Notes: generated by a model from the sequence alone, not told the origin. Positions 27,150 to 41,619 are shown, counted from the first letter of the stretch. The stretch is 64,000 nucleotides of DNA from Eledone cirrhosa (GCA_964016885.1 OZ024740.1:302560001-302624000); one strand, 5' to 3'. Numbers and translations: made by a program.

Positions 27150-27400
27150 TCCATGGATTCTTTCCTAAGACATTCTAATTACATCTCCGTTGTCTCGATT
27201 CGGTAAAGTAGCTGCTTTACTCGGAGCGACTCCCTCACCTGTGTGGCCTCTCATCCTATCGAGTACCGTAACTCCAAATCACTTCGGAGGAAACTCATTT
27301 CGGCTGCGCATATTCGCAATTGTATTCCTACAGTCATTAATCAAAGAATAAAATGGGCAAATAGGTGTTCATGCCAACAAATTTAAGGAAGCAAAGAGCA
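27150..27400 (-). pseudogene. RTE LINE fragment
   Basis: MTVGIQLRICAAEMSFLR..GVTVLDRMR..VRESLRVKQLLYRIE. Confidence 0.65.
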
Positions 27401-27837
27401 GCATCATACCGTGTAAGCAGAGCTATATGTCATTATTCGTGCATCATCGAAGATTCAATAACATAAAAATAGCGGCATGTACAAACGCTATGGAACATTT
27501 CTGGTCTTTCTCGAAAATAATTTTGAATCTGCCGCTGTCTGATAGGTCTTTGCTAGTGCATGAGGTAGTGGAAACACATCCCTGCTCACTGCTATCGGAG
27601 CGGAGTTGGCAAGCCCCAACGAGTGGAGTGGCAGTTTCAGCGCGTTTCCCTTGTCATTCTCCGAGACAATGCAATCTCCGCCCTGTCGGCTGGAACCATG
27701 AGACGGAGAGTAAGTTGAATGGAGGTGGTTAATACTTGTCCCACGTCACACATATACACACATACACAAAATAGATAAAAGCAAGGACATCTTGAAGATG
27801 GACGTACCATATAGATACATAATTCACAACAATTCAG

Positions 27838-28025
27838 GTGGATTGGTAGTATCGGAGGAGGGTTGGACGCCATACTTTGCAGCAAAGAGTTACGGGCCTT
27901 TATGGTCTGAGTTCAAATCTCGCCGAGGTTAACTTTGCTTTTCATCCTTACGGGATCGATAAAATAATGTACCAGTAATACACTGGGATAATTGCTGGCC
28001 TTGTGCCAAAAGTAGAAACAATTAT
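27838..28025 (+). mobile_element. SINE family A
   Basis: Full body with box B gagttcaaatctc. Confidence 0.85.
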
Positions 28026-28290
28026 TCAACCCAGTAAGATCTCATTCAGCTATGATAGAGATGATACCAATATGATTCTCAAAGTCGTGATGTAGATTCG
28101 GCAATAGGTGTACATGAAAAGGTTATTAATGTTTCATGGAATATATCTGACTTTTACATCTTGACAATCTACATCTAAGTAATCATGGGATTGTAGCAAT
28201 TGCTGTGGCTAGAACGATAGTTTTATTTTCTCATTCCTCTCTCTTTTTTTCTTTATTTCTTTGTCTCTCCCTCCCTTTCTCTCTCACTAT

Positions 28291-28670
<380 letters not shown>

Positions 28671-29071
28671 GAGTGGGGCAGCCATGACAATAGCTGTAAC
28701 AGCACCAGCAGCGATTGTGTTATTGATGGTGGTTGTGATGATGATGGTACTGACAGTGGTCTTGATGGTGGTGACGTAACGTTGGTTGTGGGCGTAATGT
28801 TGGTTGTGATTTTGATGATGGTGGTAGTGGTGATGGTCGTGGCGATGGTAGTGGTTGCCGTTGTTGTTGTTAAGTAATCATTTGGATGGAAACCGGAGGT
28901 CTGACAGTAGGCGAAAGATAAAAAATGGTCGATGGCTGGCATCCGAAATATTATATATTGGTCTAGAAGATGACTTTTGCACTTAGTGGTTTAAGTAAGA
29001 GTTTATAAGGCTTTGCTCGTTGCTATGTGACCTTTGTATCATATACAATCTCACCTGCCCCTCATCACACT

Positions 29072-29160
<89 letters not shown>

Positions 29161-29463
29161 TCCCTTTCTCTCAGTTTGTCTCACTAGTTAGTTACAATGA
29201 TCCTCCACCTTTCTTTGCCCCACTCATTCTCTATTCTGCACTTTATTACTTTCTCTAGTCCACTTCTGCACATATATGCGGTATGATCCGCTTTATGTCT
29301 ATTTATTGCTATTATGTTAAATTCTAAATGTGAATATAAACTGGAAACAGCAAACCACATCGTTATTCTTCGTACTTCGACTCTTTCTCTCTCTCTCTGA
29401 CTCTATTTTTAGCTATCTATCTATCTTTTCTCCTTTTCGAACTGAACCCATGCGTATATAAAT

Positions 29464-29537
<74 letters not shown>

Positions 29538-29566
29538 CAACAACAACACAACACACATACATATAT

Positions 29567-29873
29567 CTAGGTCGGGTAAAATTCCCGAGATCCATGGACG
29601 AGTTCTCTCCAGCGGTCTCTGTCCATCGTTATCGCTGCCATGTCCTCCGTCTCCAAGAGACCAGTGTCTCTCCTTAGGACATCAACATATGTTAACATTA
29701 ATCTGTATACACTGAGGATGAAGAACTCAGAGCTGTACGGGAGCCTCCCAAGAGTCAGCTCGAGAGTGTCACAGGAGACTGAGGTTAGCTGGACATGCTC
29801 ACCGACATCCAGAGTTGACACTGCACTCAGTGCTTCTGTGGGAGACCCTGCATGGACACACTGGAAGAGGAAG
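29567..29873 (-). mobile_element. RTE LINE 3' end with an inverted 5' segment
   Basis: Minus 29567-29695: LTYVDVLRRDTGLLETEDMAAITMDRDRWRELVHGSREFYPT*. Plus 29700-29873: RRLRLAGHAHRHPELTLHSVLLWETLHGHTGRGR. Confidence 0.85.
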
Positions 29874-30124
29874 ACACACACATACGTGTATATATATATA
29901 TATATATAACAAAAAAAGTGTGGTATGAAACCCGGTGGACCATAACGCCCCAGAGTACTCGATACTTAGGGTAGTAGAGTGGGTAAAAGGAAAAGTGTCA
30001 TGACCGGGACGGCTGAGCTCCGGCCGTTTCGACAGCTAGATCCGAGAAAAACCACAAAGCCTCCATCTCAATTCTACATTTGAAAAGCATAAGAACTGTG
30101 AAACCGGTGAAGAAAACAAATAAA

Positions 30125-30347
30125 TATAAAAGCTGTCGGTCAGTAGTTACCGATGATGTTGATCTTTTCTTCTTGTCGGGTTATAGCTACTGTCGCCCAG
30201 AGAGTGGGATTGGTTCAGTGCACAGTCTTTCCTCACTTTAAAAAATATCTTCACGCACAGGCATTGCACGATAGAATTAATTAATAATTAATAATAATGG
30301 TATATCGTGCAATGGCCATACTCGATAACGAGGGGGCAGCCATAATC

Positions 30348-30348
<1 letters not shown>
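30125..30348 (+). mobile_element. Non-autonomous retroposon with an RTE-like 3' stem-loop tail
   Basis: Ends ggccatactcg-ataa-cgagggggcagccat. Inverted homologue at 35385-35705. Confidence 0.6.
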
Positions 30349-30394
<46 letters not shown>

Positions 30395-30986
30395 TTGAAA
30401 TAACAACGGAAGGCCAGACTGCAAAATTTACTTTAGAATTTTAATTCCGCGAAATCACTATACATATTTCGATGGCTCAGCTCCATCATCCGATTATGAT
30501 GCAAGACAAGAAATTATCATAAGGTGTCATTTCCGGAATTATGTTCCAGGATCACATTGAACGCAAACATATAATGGAAGATAAGATATAGAGAAAACAG
30601 AAAATAGAAAATTTGCCTCGGAGGCAGCCTGCAAATATTGTGTTATATCGATAGCCGACGGCTCCTGAATAATTGTTTGTATATTTTTAAAACCCCTATT
30701 CATTTCTAGGCAATATCATTATAATTGTTTCTATCTCTAAAATTTACATAGCTCTGCTCCCCTTTATATACCGTCACAGTAGACTGACTTGTCTGAAAGA
30801 CGACCGATAGATTTATATCTTTTGATCACTGCGACAGTGTAGCCACGACTATAAGTAAGGTGTAACATTCTCTAAGACGGGTAAATCTTAATCACCACTT
30901 GGCCGTACCTACCCCATCCACTACATCTACCAGCCCACAGAGCTCGCATCCGATGTCATTCGGGTACTGAGTGCTCCATAGTTCAC

Positions 30987-31200
30987 ATGAAAATCAATGT
31001 TGCAAAAACTGAGACACTCGTCTTCTCAACGAAGCCTGTGCAATGCACTCTGCATGTGAATGGAGTTCCACTGAAGCAGGTGGAGAATTTCAAGTAGCTC
31101 GGGGCCATGTTCACGAATGATGGAAAGTTGGAGTCTGAATGAATTAAGTGCAAGAATTGCAGGAGCTGGTCCAGTTAGGCGCCAGCTTCAGCATTCAGAA
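30987..31200 (+). pseudogene. RTE LINE fragment (region after the RT core)
   Basis: MKINVAKTETLVFS..LHVNGVPLKQVENFK*LGAMFTNDGKL..ELSARIAGA. Confidence 0.75.
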
Positions 31201-33482
31201 GGAATTTGGGAATCGTATCTGAAATAAACAATCCTCTTCTTTTAAAAAAGGAAGGATGCATTAAAGAATATATAATTATGTATGTAATGGTCATAGTTGG
31301 CAAGCCTTCAGTCATATGTCTACTTGATCAGGAGTGATCTTTGTCTAAAAAGTAACCTTCAATAGGTTAACATTCTATCCCAGATATGGTTTATATCACA
31401 TTATCTTCAAACAGTAAAGTTCAAAACTAAATACTGACTCTGTGCGGATGCTACTGAACTTGGGAGACAATATATGAAAGAGTTCAGCATAAAAATATTC
31501 TTCATATGGGAATACTATTCATATAGCAGCAACTGACAATACAAATAACAGCAAATGACAGTACAAATGTCAATGTGGTTAGATTAGAATTATTCCCAGA
31601 ATAGAATGTAACCTAGTCTTCTAGTGTGAAAATATTAGCACTGGATGAAAGCAAATGATATTTCATTTTTTTTCTTGTTATTATTGTATTATGGAATCGA
31701 AGCAGCTTCTTGAAAACTGTGACAAGATATATTTTATTCAGCGCCTTGTAGTTTTGCGTTAAAATTCAACTGGGATTGCGTCTATATTTGAACATACTGA
31801 GGGTGATAGAATAAGTACATCTCTGATAGTTGAGTTGATTATGCCATTTACAGCATCTCTATTCCCCTACAAAAAACTTCCCCCGTGTATTCAAAAGAAA
31901 TATTTCTCCATTTCACTTGTGTTTGTTTTATTATTGTTTCTTTAATTTTCTGATCTCTTTTTTTTATTTACATATTTATTTAAGGAATCGCGCCAGAATG
32001 GAAACAAAAAACAAATATTTACAAAAGAAAGTCAAACAGGTTGATATTTGCATATAAGTAACAAACACCATTTGATATGACCATAACATATTTGACAAAG
32101 AATGAAATTAATTTATTCATTCCATGGGCAAAAGGCGTTGGAAATGAAAAGGAAATCCACAAAAGCAACACAAAATATAAAAAGAGAGAAAAGAGATGAA
32201 TACAAATGCAGCGCATAGATGATAGGTGAAGGTGGAAGCAGAGAGGGAGACAAAAATAATTGTAAATATTTTTGTCAGAAGGCGGGGGAAATATTGAAAG
32301 AACAAATAGATGTGGAAGGAAAACTAATTCAGTTAGCAATGATTTCACTGGAAGCTGTGATGTTTGGAAAGAAGGGGATTTTATGTTGTGTTCTTTGAAT
32401 ACTTCTCACTATATCTCACGCATTACACACAGTGAAGCAATTAAACAATGTTCTTAACGAGATTACAAGCCTGAGCTGTTCTGCTGCTACGATTTTTAAC
32501 ACAGATCGTTCTGTACTTATTGTTATGTTAATAACAATATGGCGGTGATGATTTTTCTAGAATTTACTGTTGAAGATGTTCGTGGCTTTTCTCCTGGAAG
32601 CACAGATTTACGTGTGATAGTAATCGTTGGTGGTAGTAAAGACGGTGGTAGTCATGTTGTTGATATTGGATTTACGGTTTGGGGGTTGGTTCAGGAAGTC
32701 TAACTTGATTTGGTGATGATGGTGAATTGGTGGCTATTTTTTATTTAGTGAATTGGTCGGTTAGTTGGGTTGTTCGGATGTTGGTAGGTAGTTGTGTGTG
32801 TGTGTGTGTGTGTGTGTGTGAGTGTGTGCACGGCAATATAGCTAAACAGTATTATCCTTATCTTGATTATCAGTTTTAGGTGCAGTAATCACGGCAGTGT
32901 CAATAGCCGTAGTTGAGAGTCTAATAGAATAAATGTTTACGATAACAGAGTGCAACAGTTGGGAACGTGGCTGGGACTAAACTCCACGGAATGAATGAGA
33001 TAAGATATTGGTATACCTGCTCATTGTGTTTCTGAGCAAAATATTTTATTCAACATTGTCAGAGCTGAATTACGTATGACTGCAGGTTTATTTCTGTCAA
33101 TAGAATTCATATTACAAAGCTAAAGTAAGGATAGGCATGGATCAGTGTTGAAGATTTTTGCTTTACAATCACAAGCTTTAGGGCTCAATCTCAGGGTTAG
33201 ACATTGGGGCAAGTCATTTTACCATAGCGCCAGCTCAACTTAAATATTTCAGTGAAATTATATCGAAATGAAATTGCTTCGAAGCATGCTCGATGGATTA
33301 TACCTGTTATTCGAAGGTGAGCCTTGTCACATAGTGTGTCATGATAATTCTGCTGAAAAGCATGATAGCGCTCTGTATGTCGGTTAAATACTAAACCACC
33401 TAGATCCTATTCACGAAAAGAAATTTCATCTGCTCTAGTCATTGGATATTATTGTCAAATCCGACGGAGAACACATCATAGA

Positions 33483-33730
33483 AATAATTGTTTCTACTTT
33501 TGGCACAAGGCCAGCAATTAACCAGTACATTACTGCTACTTTATTTTATCGACTCCTATATGTAAGGCCAGCAATTAACCAGTACATTACTGCTACTTTA
33601 TTTTATCGACTCCTATATGTAAGGCAAAGTTAACTTCAGCGGGATTTGAACTCAGAATGACAAGGGCCGTAAATCTATGCGTCAAAGCATGGCGTCCGAC
33701 CCTTTACCGATACTGCCAATCCACCGCCCT
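33483..33730 (-). mobile_element. SINE family A with an internal 57-bp tandem duplication
   Basis: Duplicated unit at 33507-33563 and 33564-33620; TSD catagaaataat. Confidence 0.85.
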
Positions 33731-34109
33731 ATCCATAGAAATAATGAGCAAGTGTTTGGTTGTGGTCATTGGTGGGATAGTCGGATACTAACAGCTATAT
33801 GAGGAAAATACGTGATGAGAATTAGTTTATCAATTGTGGTGTACTCATAGTTATAGCAGTAGTTATGGTAGTGTCGTAGATATCTTTTCGTAAATTTAAA
33901 AAGATGCCAAATCCTAAATATAGGTTAGGGCATCAATGTTCTGACGTCTATGTGGTGGAAATTCAGCTGAAATGTTCGACACTTCTTGGGAATACTTGGA
34001 GCGACATATATGCTTACAGTATGTATATTCATCGTGCAGTTAGAATCTATATAGATAAGCAAAGTAGTCTATATTGGACTAACAACCCGTTTATTATCTC
34101 TTATCTTGG

Positions 34110-34815
34110 ATGATACGCCTCTGCAATCTAACAATATGAAATACCAAAGAAAGAGCTGATGCCCAAATGAAACAGAGATGAAGGCAAAACACTCAGATGT
34201 GACAACAGATGCTGACCCTGTGAAATTAACATTGAATATGTCACCCATATTATAAGCAGCTATCCAAGAATGTCAACATGTTACTTTCCGCCTATGCGGC
34301 ATGATGTAGTAGCCGATACACCATACAATGCTACCCATATAAGTAATAGTACTGAGAATAAAAACTATAAAGGTTGTTACAAAGATGTAGGGGGTGGCAT
34401 ATGCATACATAATGTGAAAGAGTACTGGCGGAATGTTCTAGTCAAAACTCCAATTAAATGGAAATATAACAGGACAGACATAGTGATGTGGGACAAGAAA
34501 AATAAGGCATTTGCAATAGCAGAGATTAGCTGCCCAGTAGATGTAAATATGATTCTAAATGTTAGAGAAAAGCAGAGCATAAATATTGAACTATTAAAGA
34601 ATCTGCAGATATTCCATCCTCCTAACAATGCTTTTTGATTTGTACCTGCGATAAATAGGGCTCAGGAATATGATACTAACTGCTTCGGTACAAATCCTGG
34701 GAAGGTGGCCGTAACAGAAACAGAAACAGCAGATCTAGTTAGGACGTTGCAAATAGTGTGCATTAATGGACCTGTAGATATATGTAAAACATTTCAGAAA
34801 ATCAGCATGTAATAG
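34110..34815 (+). pseudogene. R4/Dong-like non-LTR retrotransposon CCHC zinc knuckle plus RLE domain, degraded
   Basis: RC*PCEINIEYVTHIISSYPRM..MRHDVVA...NRTDIVMWDKKNKAFAIAEISCPVDVN...EK...LQ...FVPAI...ICKTF. Confidence 0.75.
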
Positions 34816-35029
34816 CTGAATATACACACATATAGAAACATATGTTCGTGTACACAGATAATTCAAAATATTCAGATACTCACATGCACAAACATCCATA
34901 CATGACCACATCACACACAAAAACAATCAGACATACATACGTATTTACCTAGTTGGTATTGTCTAAATTGCAATGACTCTTGTTTCACTGTTAGAAACCG
35001 GTTCTCTCGCTACTGATGAACATTTATAA

Positions 35030-35225
35030 AATAATTGTTTCTACTTTTTGGCACAAGGCCAACAATTATCCCAGTGCATTACTGGTACTTTATTTTATCG
35101 ACCCCGTAATGATGAAAGGTAAAGTTAACCTCGGTGGGATGTGAACTCAGATTGTAAAGGTCCGTAACTCCATACTGCAAAGCATGGCGTCCGACCTTCT
35201 AACGATACTGCCAATCCACAGCCCT
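35030..35225 (-). mobile_element. SINE family A
   Basis: Full body; TSD atttataaaataat. Confidence 0.85.
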
Positions 35226-35311
35226 CATAATTTATAAAATAATAATTTATAATTTATAAAATAATAAAATCAAAACAACATACATGCTAACACAAACACA
35301 CGCACTAACAC

Positions 35312-35360
<49 letters not shown>

Positions 35361-35384
35361 TATATGTATCATACGTACATGAAA

Positions 35385-36330
35385 TGATGGCTGCCCCCTC
35401 GTTATCGAGTATGGCCATTGCACGATATAACATTATAATGCTATCGTGCAATGCCTGTGCGTGAAGATTTCATTTTTAAAGTAAAGTAAGACTGTGCACT
35501 GAACCCTTCTACTCTCTGAGCGACAGTAGTTATAACCCGAAAAAAGGAAAAGAACAACATCATTGGTAACTACTGAGCTGCAAGTTTTATGTCGGAGTTA
35601 TCGCAGTTTCATGAGTTGCCTTCTCCTAGAAGAATGCGCTGAGAAAGGCTAGAGGTCCTTCACTCCCAGTGGTTTAACTGCGCAATCGGGTATCCAGCCA
35701 GATTATTTCTATGTCCCCACATGCATACATGCATATACATATATACATACGCGTGGGGACCATACGTACATACATGCATATATGCAAACATAGATACATA
35801 TATGGTGGCTGCCAACTCGTTTTCGAGTACGGCCACCACTTTATATCCATGTAGGAGAACCCCTACCGATACGCTGAACGAGTGTGACTTTTTAGTCCAG
35901 CCAGCGACGTGAAAACTCTGGTACAAACACTGCACTTGTGACAATTATTGACTCATAGTGCTGGGCCCATGGTACCCCATGTGACGACAAGTGCAGAGAG
36001 ATCTCCAGATATAAAGCAATGCCTGTGCCGTGAAGCTTTTATAGTGAACAAAGGCACTGCACAAAGCCAGTCCCACTCTCTTAACCAAGATGATATTTAC
36101 CTAAAAGAAGAACAAGTCAACATCATTGGATACCATCAGGGTTGCAGGTGTTATATCAGAGTTTTCCTTCTAGAATTCTGCCTTGACAAAGGCTAAGGGG
36201 TCACCTCTCCCGGCGATTTTGGATGGCCATTGACTCTTAAGAGCTCCTTCGCCCTTTTACAGGTTTTGTTTTTAGTCCTGCACGATGGCCAAAGTCACCC
36301 TCCTCACCCAGAAACCTTGGTGGGGTTGCC
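35385..36330 (-). mobile_element. Two non-autonomous RTE-derived (5' UTR plus 3' tail) elements, 35385-35705 and 35802-36330
   Basis: Shared 3' stem-loop tail, and an RTE 5'UTR-like motif CTAG(G)A(GA)AGG(A/C)AACTC at 35613-35629 and 36157-36173. No ORF. Confidence 0.55.
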
Positions 36331-36489
36331 ATACATACAAACATACATATATATGCAAACACATAAACATACATATATATATACTTACAAAATGTTCATA
36401 TATATAATCATAAATACACACATACATATAAATACATACTAACATACATATATACATACATAGAAAAATTATGTTCATTACTTAGAAAC

Positions 36490-36770
36490 AGCTGTTAAGT
36501 AAACGTTAATATAGTGTTAAAATATAACGAAAATGATAATATTTATACCAACCCAATGAGGATACTTTAGACACTCCAGACTAACTACACTTTTGGATTT
36601 GTATGTATGATCATTGGAGTCCTTGAATATGTTACTCATAGCCGCAGCTCACATCTTGAAAAGCTGGACTTTACTAAACCAGAGAGTGCACGGCTAATTA
36701 GGAAAGTACAATGCCTTAATGGAAATCTAAACATATGTAAAATATTCAAGATATTTAGCATATCTTAACG
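36490..36770 (+). pseudogene. Second fragment of the R4/Dong-like RLE C-terminus
   Basis: SC*VNVNI...FGFVCMIIGVLEYVTH...LEKLDF...LIRKVQCLNGNLNICKIF parallels 34530-34810. Confidence 0.6.
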
Positions 36771-36857
36771 TCACATTCAAATGTATGGATATAGAGCATA
36801 TGTACACATATAATTCAAAGCATGCAAGTCTACACCTGAAATAAAATTCATATATGC

Positions 36858-36992
<135 letters not shown>

Positions 36993-37608
36993 TCTCACAG
37001 CTACATACATAACTACATTTAGAACTGAGAAAAATATATATTGTCTCACAGGGAGAAGTTAAAAAGCCATTGGAAGATAATAGATAATTTTAAAGAATTT
37101 GAAATTAAAAGTTGATGAAGAGAAAAAGGGGGTTAAGAATAATATTAAATTAAGGTTTGTATATTGAAGGGTTTACTAATATGTGCGAGGAAAAGAAATT
37201 GTTAATATGTATTATTAAAATTAAAATATTAATGTTATTAAGGATATACTGTGAAAAGAAGTAGAAGAGTGGATGAGTTATGAATTTAGAGGAATTATTT
37301 AGTGCGTAAGTTTGTTTTATGTAATGTAATATGTGTGCGTAATATATGTAAATAGTTTGTTTACAAATGAGCGCAGAAAACAAAGAAGATAATAATGTTT
37401 AAGAAAGAAACAAATCTAACATCAAAATATATATGTTTACGAAATATTTTCTAATGGTAATAATATAATATAATAAAGGAGATTAGTTAGGGTTTCTTTT
37501 TATGTATTGTAGTATGTAATATGTAAAAGTCAGACGAGCATGAAAGGAACACAAATATAAGGAACTAAGGAGGAAAAAATCTAACGTAAAAAAAAATGTT
37601 TATGTTTA

Positions 37609-37821
37609 TATAGGAACGATCGACTTTCGTCAAATCAGAACACTGTTTCCGTTGGTCTTTCCAATTGCTAATACTATCTATCGGTCGCAACTCCAGGTAG
37701 AAGGAGCAACGTGAAATAAAGTGTCTTGCTCAAGGACATAACGCATCACCTGGTCCAGGAATCGAACTCACAACCTTACGATTGCGAATCCAATTCACTA
37801 ACCACTCAGCCACACGCCTTC
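37609..37821 (-). mobile_element. tRNA-derived SINE family B (CORE-like), full length
   Basis: Box A TGGCTGAGTGG, box B GTTCGATTCC and body gtccttgagcaagacact. 13-bp TSD atgtttatgttta at 37596-37608 and 37822-37834. Confidence 0.88.
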
Positions 37822-38183
37822 ATGTTTATGTTTACGAAGGATTATTAAAGGTAATACTATAATGTATTTAAAAGGTAATTTTTATGGCCAATGATATAAA
37901 GAAAGATGGAAGAGTGGATATGTTGTGGTGAGTAATAATAAGAATTGAGAAGTGGTTAGGAAGAAAAGTACAGATTAGAGGTTAGAAATTAAAAAGAAAA
38001 AAAGAAGAAAGAAAAGAGGAAGAAAGGAAAGTGATAAAGAGGAATGATATAGAATGAGTAACTAGTATTATATAATGTATAATAAATAATATTGAAATCA
38101 GGTAGAAAGATGGTTATATTTTTAATGAAATATATATATAAGCCTTTGAGAATAAGGATTTTAAACTAGTAAAGTATTAGATT

Positions 38184-38570
38184 TTAGCTGTATACTTTAT
38201 GGAATGTTCTGTGGAATTTATGCAAGCAGAGAGAAAATAAATCAGTGCGTCTATTTATTATAGAATCTAAATTAGATATAATGGTACATTTCTCAGATAA
38301 ACAAAGATTACACGTTCTAGATAGGGAGGCATTCAAGTAGATGTTATAGTTAATATTTTTGTCTTTCAAGGGCCATATGAGTACTGAGAGTGCCATGTTA
38401 GTTCTTTTAAGTTGGTATTTAAAAGAAGAATTGTGATTATAAAATCTCACTTTGAAGGAGGTGGAAGTGGGACCGAAATAGGTAAAGGAATTGGTATCAG
38501 TTATAACTTTACATTCATAGACTAAGTTTTTTTCAAGACAATTGTTATTGAGAGGACATAACAAAGCAAT
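38184..38570 (-). pseudogene. PLE GIY-YIG endonuclease domain
   Basis: CPLNNNCLEKNLVYECKV...TYFGPTSTSFKVRFYNHNSSF...LSVLIWPLK...CNLCLSEK...INRRTDLFSLCLH. Confidence 0.85.
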
Positions 38571-40961
38571 CACAAATATACACTAAATAAATTAATTATA
38601 GATGCATCTAAGAAACAGTTCCCACAAAGCAGCATGAAATGTACGACCTCAACCTTTGATCAGAAATAGCCAAGCTAATAAACCCTTGTGACAAATACAA
38701 GCACAATACCGAAACTTCACACACAACCGAAATGAACTGATGCATCGAACAACTAAATCAAGACATCACAGGGGCGCAAAGCATAAAATATAGGAAGACT
38801 CGTAATCATTCCCACTCATATGTCAGTACTATGCAAGCACCCTTAAACTTTTCTCGAAAATCAAGCCTACATATCTACATAAGGAGGCAAGCCACATTTT
38901 TGTTTCGATTTTGACGTCTTTTGACGTCTTTCCAGAAACAACTATAAAACTACTCAAGGCATGCTGAGATCATCTAGGGATATGGGTATATAACAACTGA
39001 TTTAAAGTTGCACCTACCAAATCAATTGTTTCCCTTCTTATTAGCAACAAAAGATAACATCAAATACAACCAAGCAACTAACACAAAAACTTAAACAGAG
39101 AAGTCAAAAATACGAAGCGTTTCACTCCATTCTTAAACACCTTTTAAAGTACACATAAAACTATTTAGGTGGTACTCAAGATGTTCTGAATTTTGTGGAA
39201 GTATTTGTGCTGATACTAGAAGGAAGGTTAATAAGCATAGTACTACAAGCTATAGAAATAGTTATTCTATTGTTAATATTATCGTCAGTGGGGTCCTTGA
39301 TAACACTACCAACAGTAATACGGCAGTAATAAGAGTCGAGTCCATTATAACAAGTGATATGAAATCTGAATGTTTGTACTAAAAGCAACGACACTATGTA
39401 TATAATAAGTAGTGCATTTTCTGCACTACTGATAGTATTGCTACAAACTTATACAACGATAACGATTACTACTAACACACAGTTACTTCTTGTACAGCTT
39501 CTACCACATAGTCCTATCATCTTCCACAATATTCCCATTCACCACATAACGCAAATTTATCAATTATAAATATGGAAATAATCTAGAATATTCTGATAGT
39601 TCGACTGAAACAAAGAAACCTCAGATCTGTGTAAATAACATTAATGTTTAGCGAAATATTATTAGAGATAATGACATATGTGGTACGAAGATGATATGAT
39701 TTCAATTAATTCTATAATATATCGATATTATCTGGATACTGATTTATATAAATTCTATTAGGAGTGTGGGATATGATAACGTTAATTACCTTCACATTCA
39801 ATACTTTATCAGTGTTATCACTCACGTGATTAGATGTGGTACATGAAATACCTAAACTTCTATCTATTATAAAGAGGCGAAGATGGTGAGCGAAATATAG
39901 ATTGTCATTACATACGCAGTGGAGTTGGTGCATGCAGCAACATGACGCCCTACGTGATTTATTGTTTTTAATTTCAGTGCTTCAATGTGGTTTTTAGTTT
40001 CAAATCTCTCCGAGGCAAACAGGGTGTTTCATCATATTTGAAGTCGATAAAATCAATACCAATATTACTTTGAATGCAATCCAGGCGGTATTAATCCACC
40101 TCCCTAGAAATTAATTATATATCATATTTTATAAAGCCGACAATAGGAATCTCGTATACTCAGAAACTTAAGTAGTTCGTTCGATAGCATTGCACCATTT
40201 TGTAAAAAGAAAGGTGTTGCAAATTTAAATACTGTGCTAGACAATACAACGATTATAACACCTCAATAATTATTCTTATAGAATCTTAACATTGATGTAT
40301 TCTTTCTTCAGAAATGTCTTCTTTGTTAGATTTATCTTCCTTGGCTAACTGAACAGATCGTTAACTTGCCAGTATATCAACCGAATATATATAACTCTCG
40401 ACTTAACACTGCTTCACTGTGTCATGGGTAAAGACATTTGCTACATGCTGTTCTAGTCCAAAGAGATATATATAATTGGGCTCAACAGTTACTCACTCTA
40501 AGAGCTAGATGAGCAATAGTATTGTAAAATTATTTTGATAGCTCGCTGTGGTGAATTACATTACATATTTATCAAACACCGAACAACATAATACTAACTG
40601 AATTAGTACCAAAACACCACGGCATCATTCTATAACGGTAGGGTGTTAAAAGAAACAGAAAGAAATGTATGACATTACTAGATCTGTATTCTGTGAATCA
40701 AAGAAACGAAGTTGTTGAATTTATTCACCTGAACAAATTTATCGAATACGCTATTAGCACACTCCTGATTCATCTGTGAATCGATACATAGCTGGATTCT
40801 TTTATTGTTGTTTGCGCAGGCGTTCGTATGGAAAATCTTCTTACTACAATATGGAACCTCGTGGTAGGATCACTGCACGCTCCAATGTTATTGATTAAAG
40901 AATTTCAAGAGAATTTGGGGAGATATCATGGAAAGAAACAAGGTTCATAAATATATATATA

Positions 40962-40993
<32 letters not shown>

Positions 40994-41059
40994 TGTATAC
41001 ATATGTCTCTGTGTGTATGTATGTATATACATACATATTCATATATATATACATACATA

Positions 41060-41096
<37 letters not shown>

Positions 41097-41619
41097 GGCG
41101 AGGAGTAAGTGTGTCTGCGTGTAAAAATCCGGTTTACTTAAGGATCATTGCAAACATTTAACATATGAAATATTGTTGCCACAATGTAAATAATTATAAC
41201 AATAGTCTACCACAATTAATAATAGTAGAGAAATCGGATAGTGTCTTCATTCAGATTGAAAATATGGGATCTCCAGGTGTTCTATCGTAATGGTTTCAAA
41301 CATATGAAATAGTTCTAGTTCTGTAAAACTTCTTATAAATAACGAATATGCATTTCTTCTATTAAAGTACTGAGTACATTATTTTGCTGCGGTTCCAAGC
41401 TACCTCTTTTTGGAAAGCAAAAATTGTGTGTATGTGTAGGTGAGCACTCGAGAAGAAAGTTAATATAAAGAATGATGTGCTCAGGGACGGAGATGTTGTG
41501 ATTCAACTGATTTAAGGCGGTATGAATTGCCACGGTCACTTGGCTTAATGGTTAAATGTGCCTTGCCGGTATTTTGGAGATATGGGGTTCAAGGCAGCCG
41601 ACGGCAACTTCTTTCTCCT

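Noticed and set aside
30455-30495. Hammerhead on the minus strand (cggatga tgg..ccatc gaaa tatgta)
   Set aside because: Core and stem II register do not fit. Similarly weak candidates at about 47665-47722, 61885-61915 and 63915-63978 were not called.
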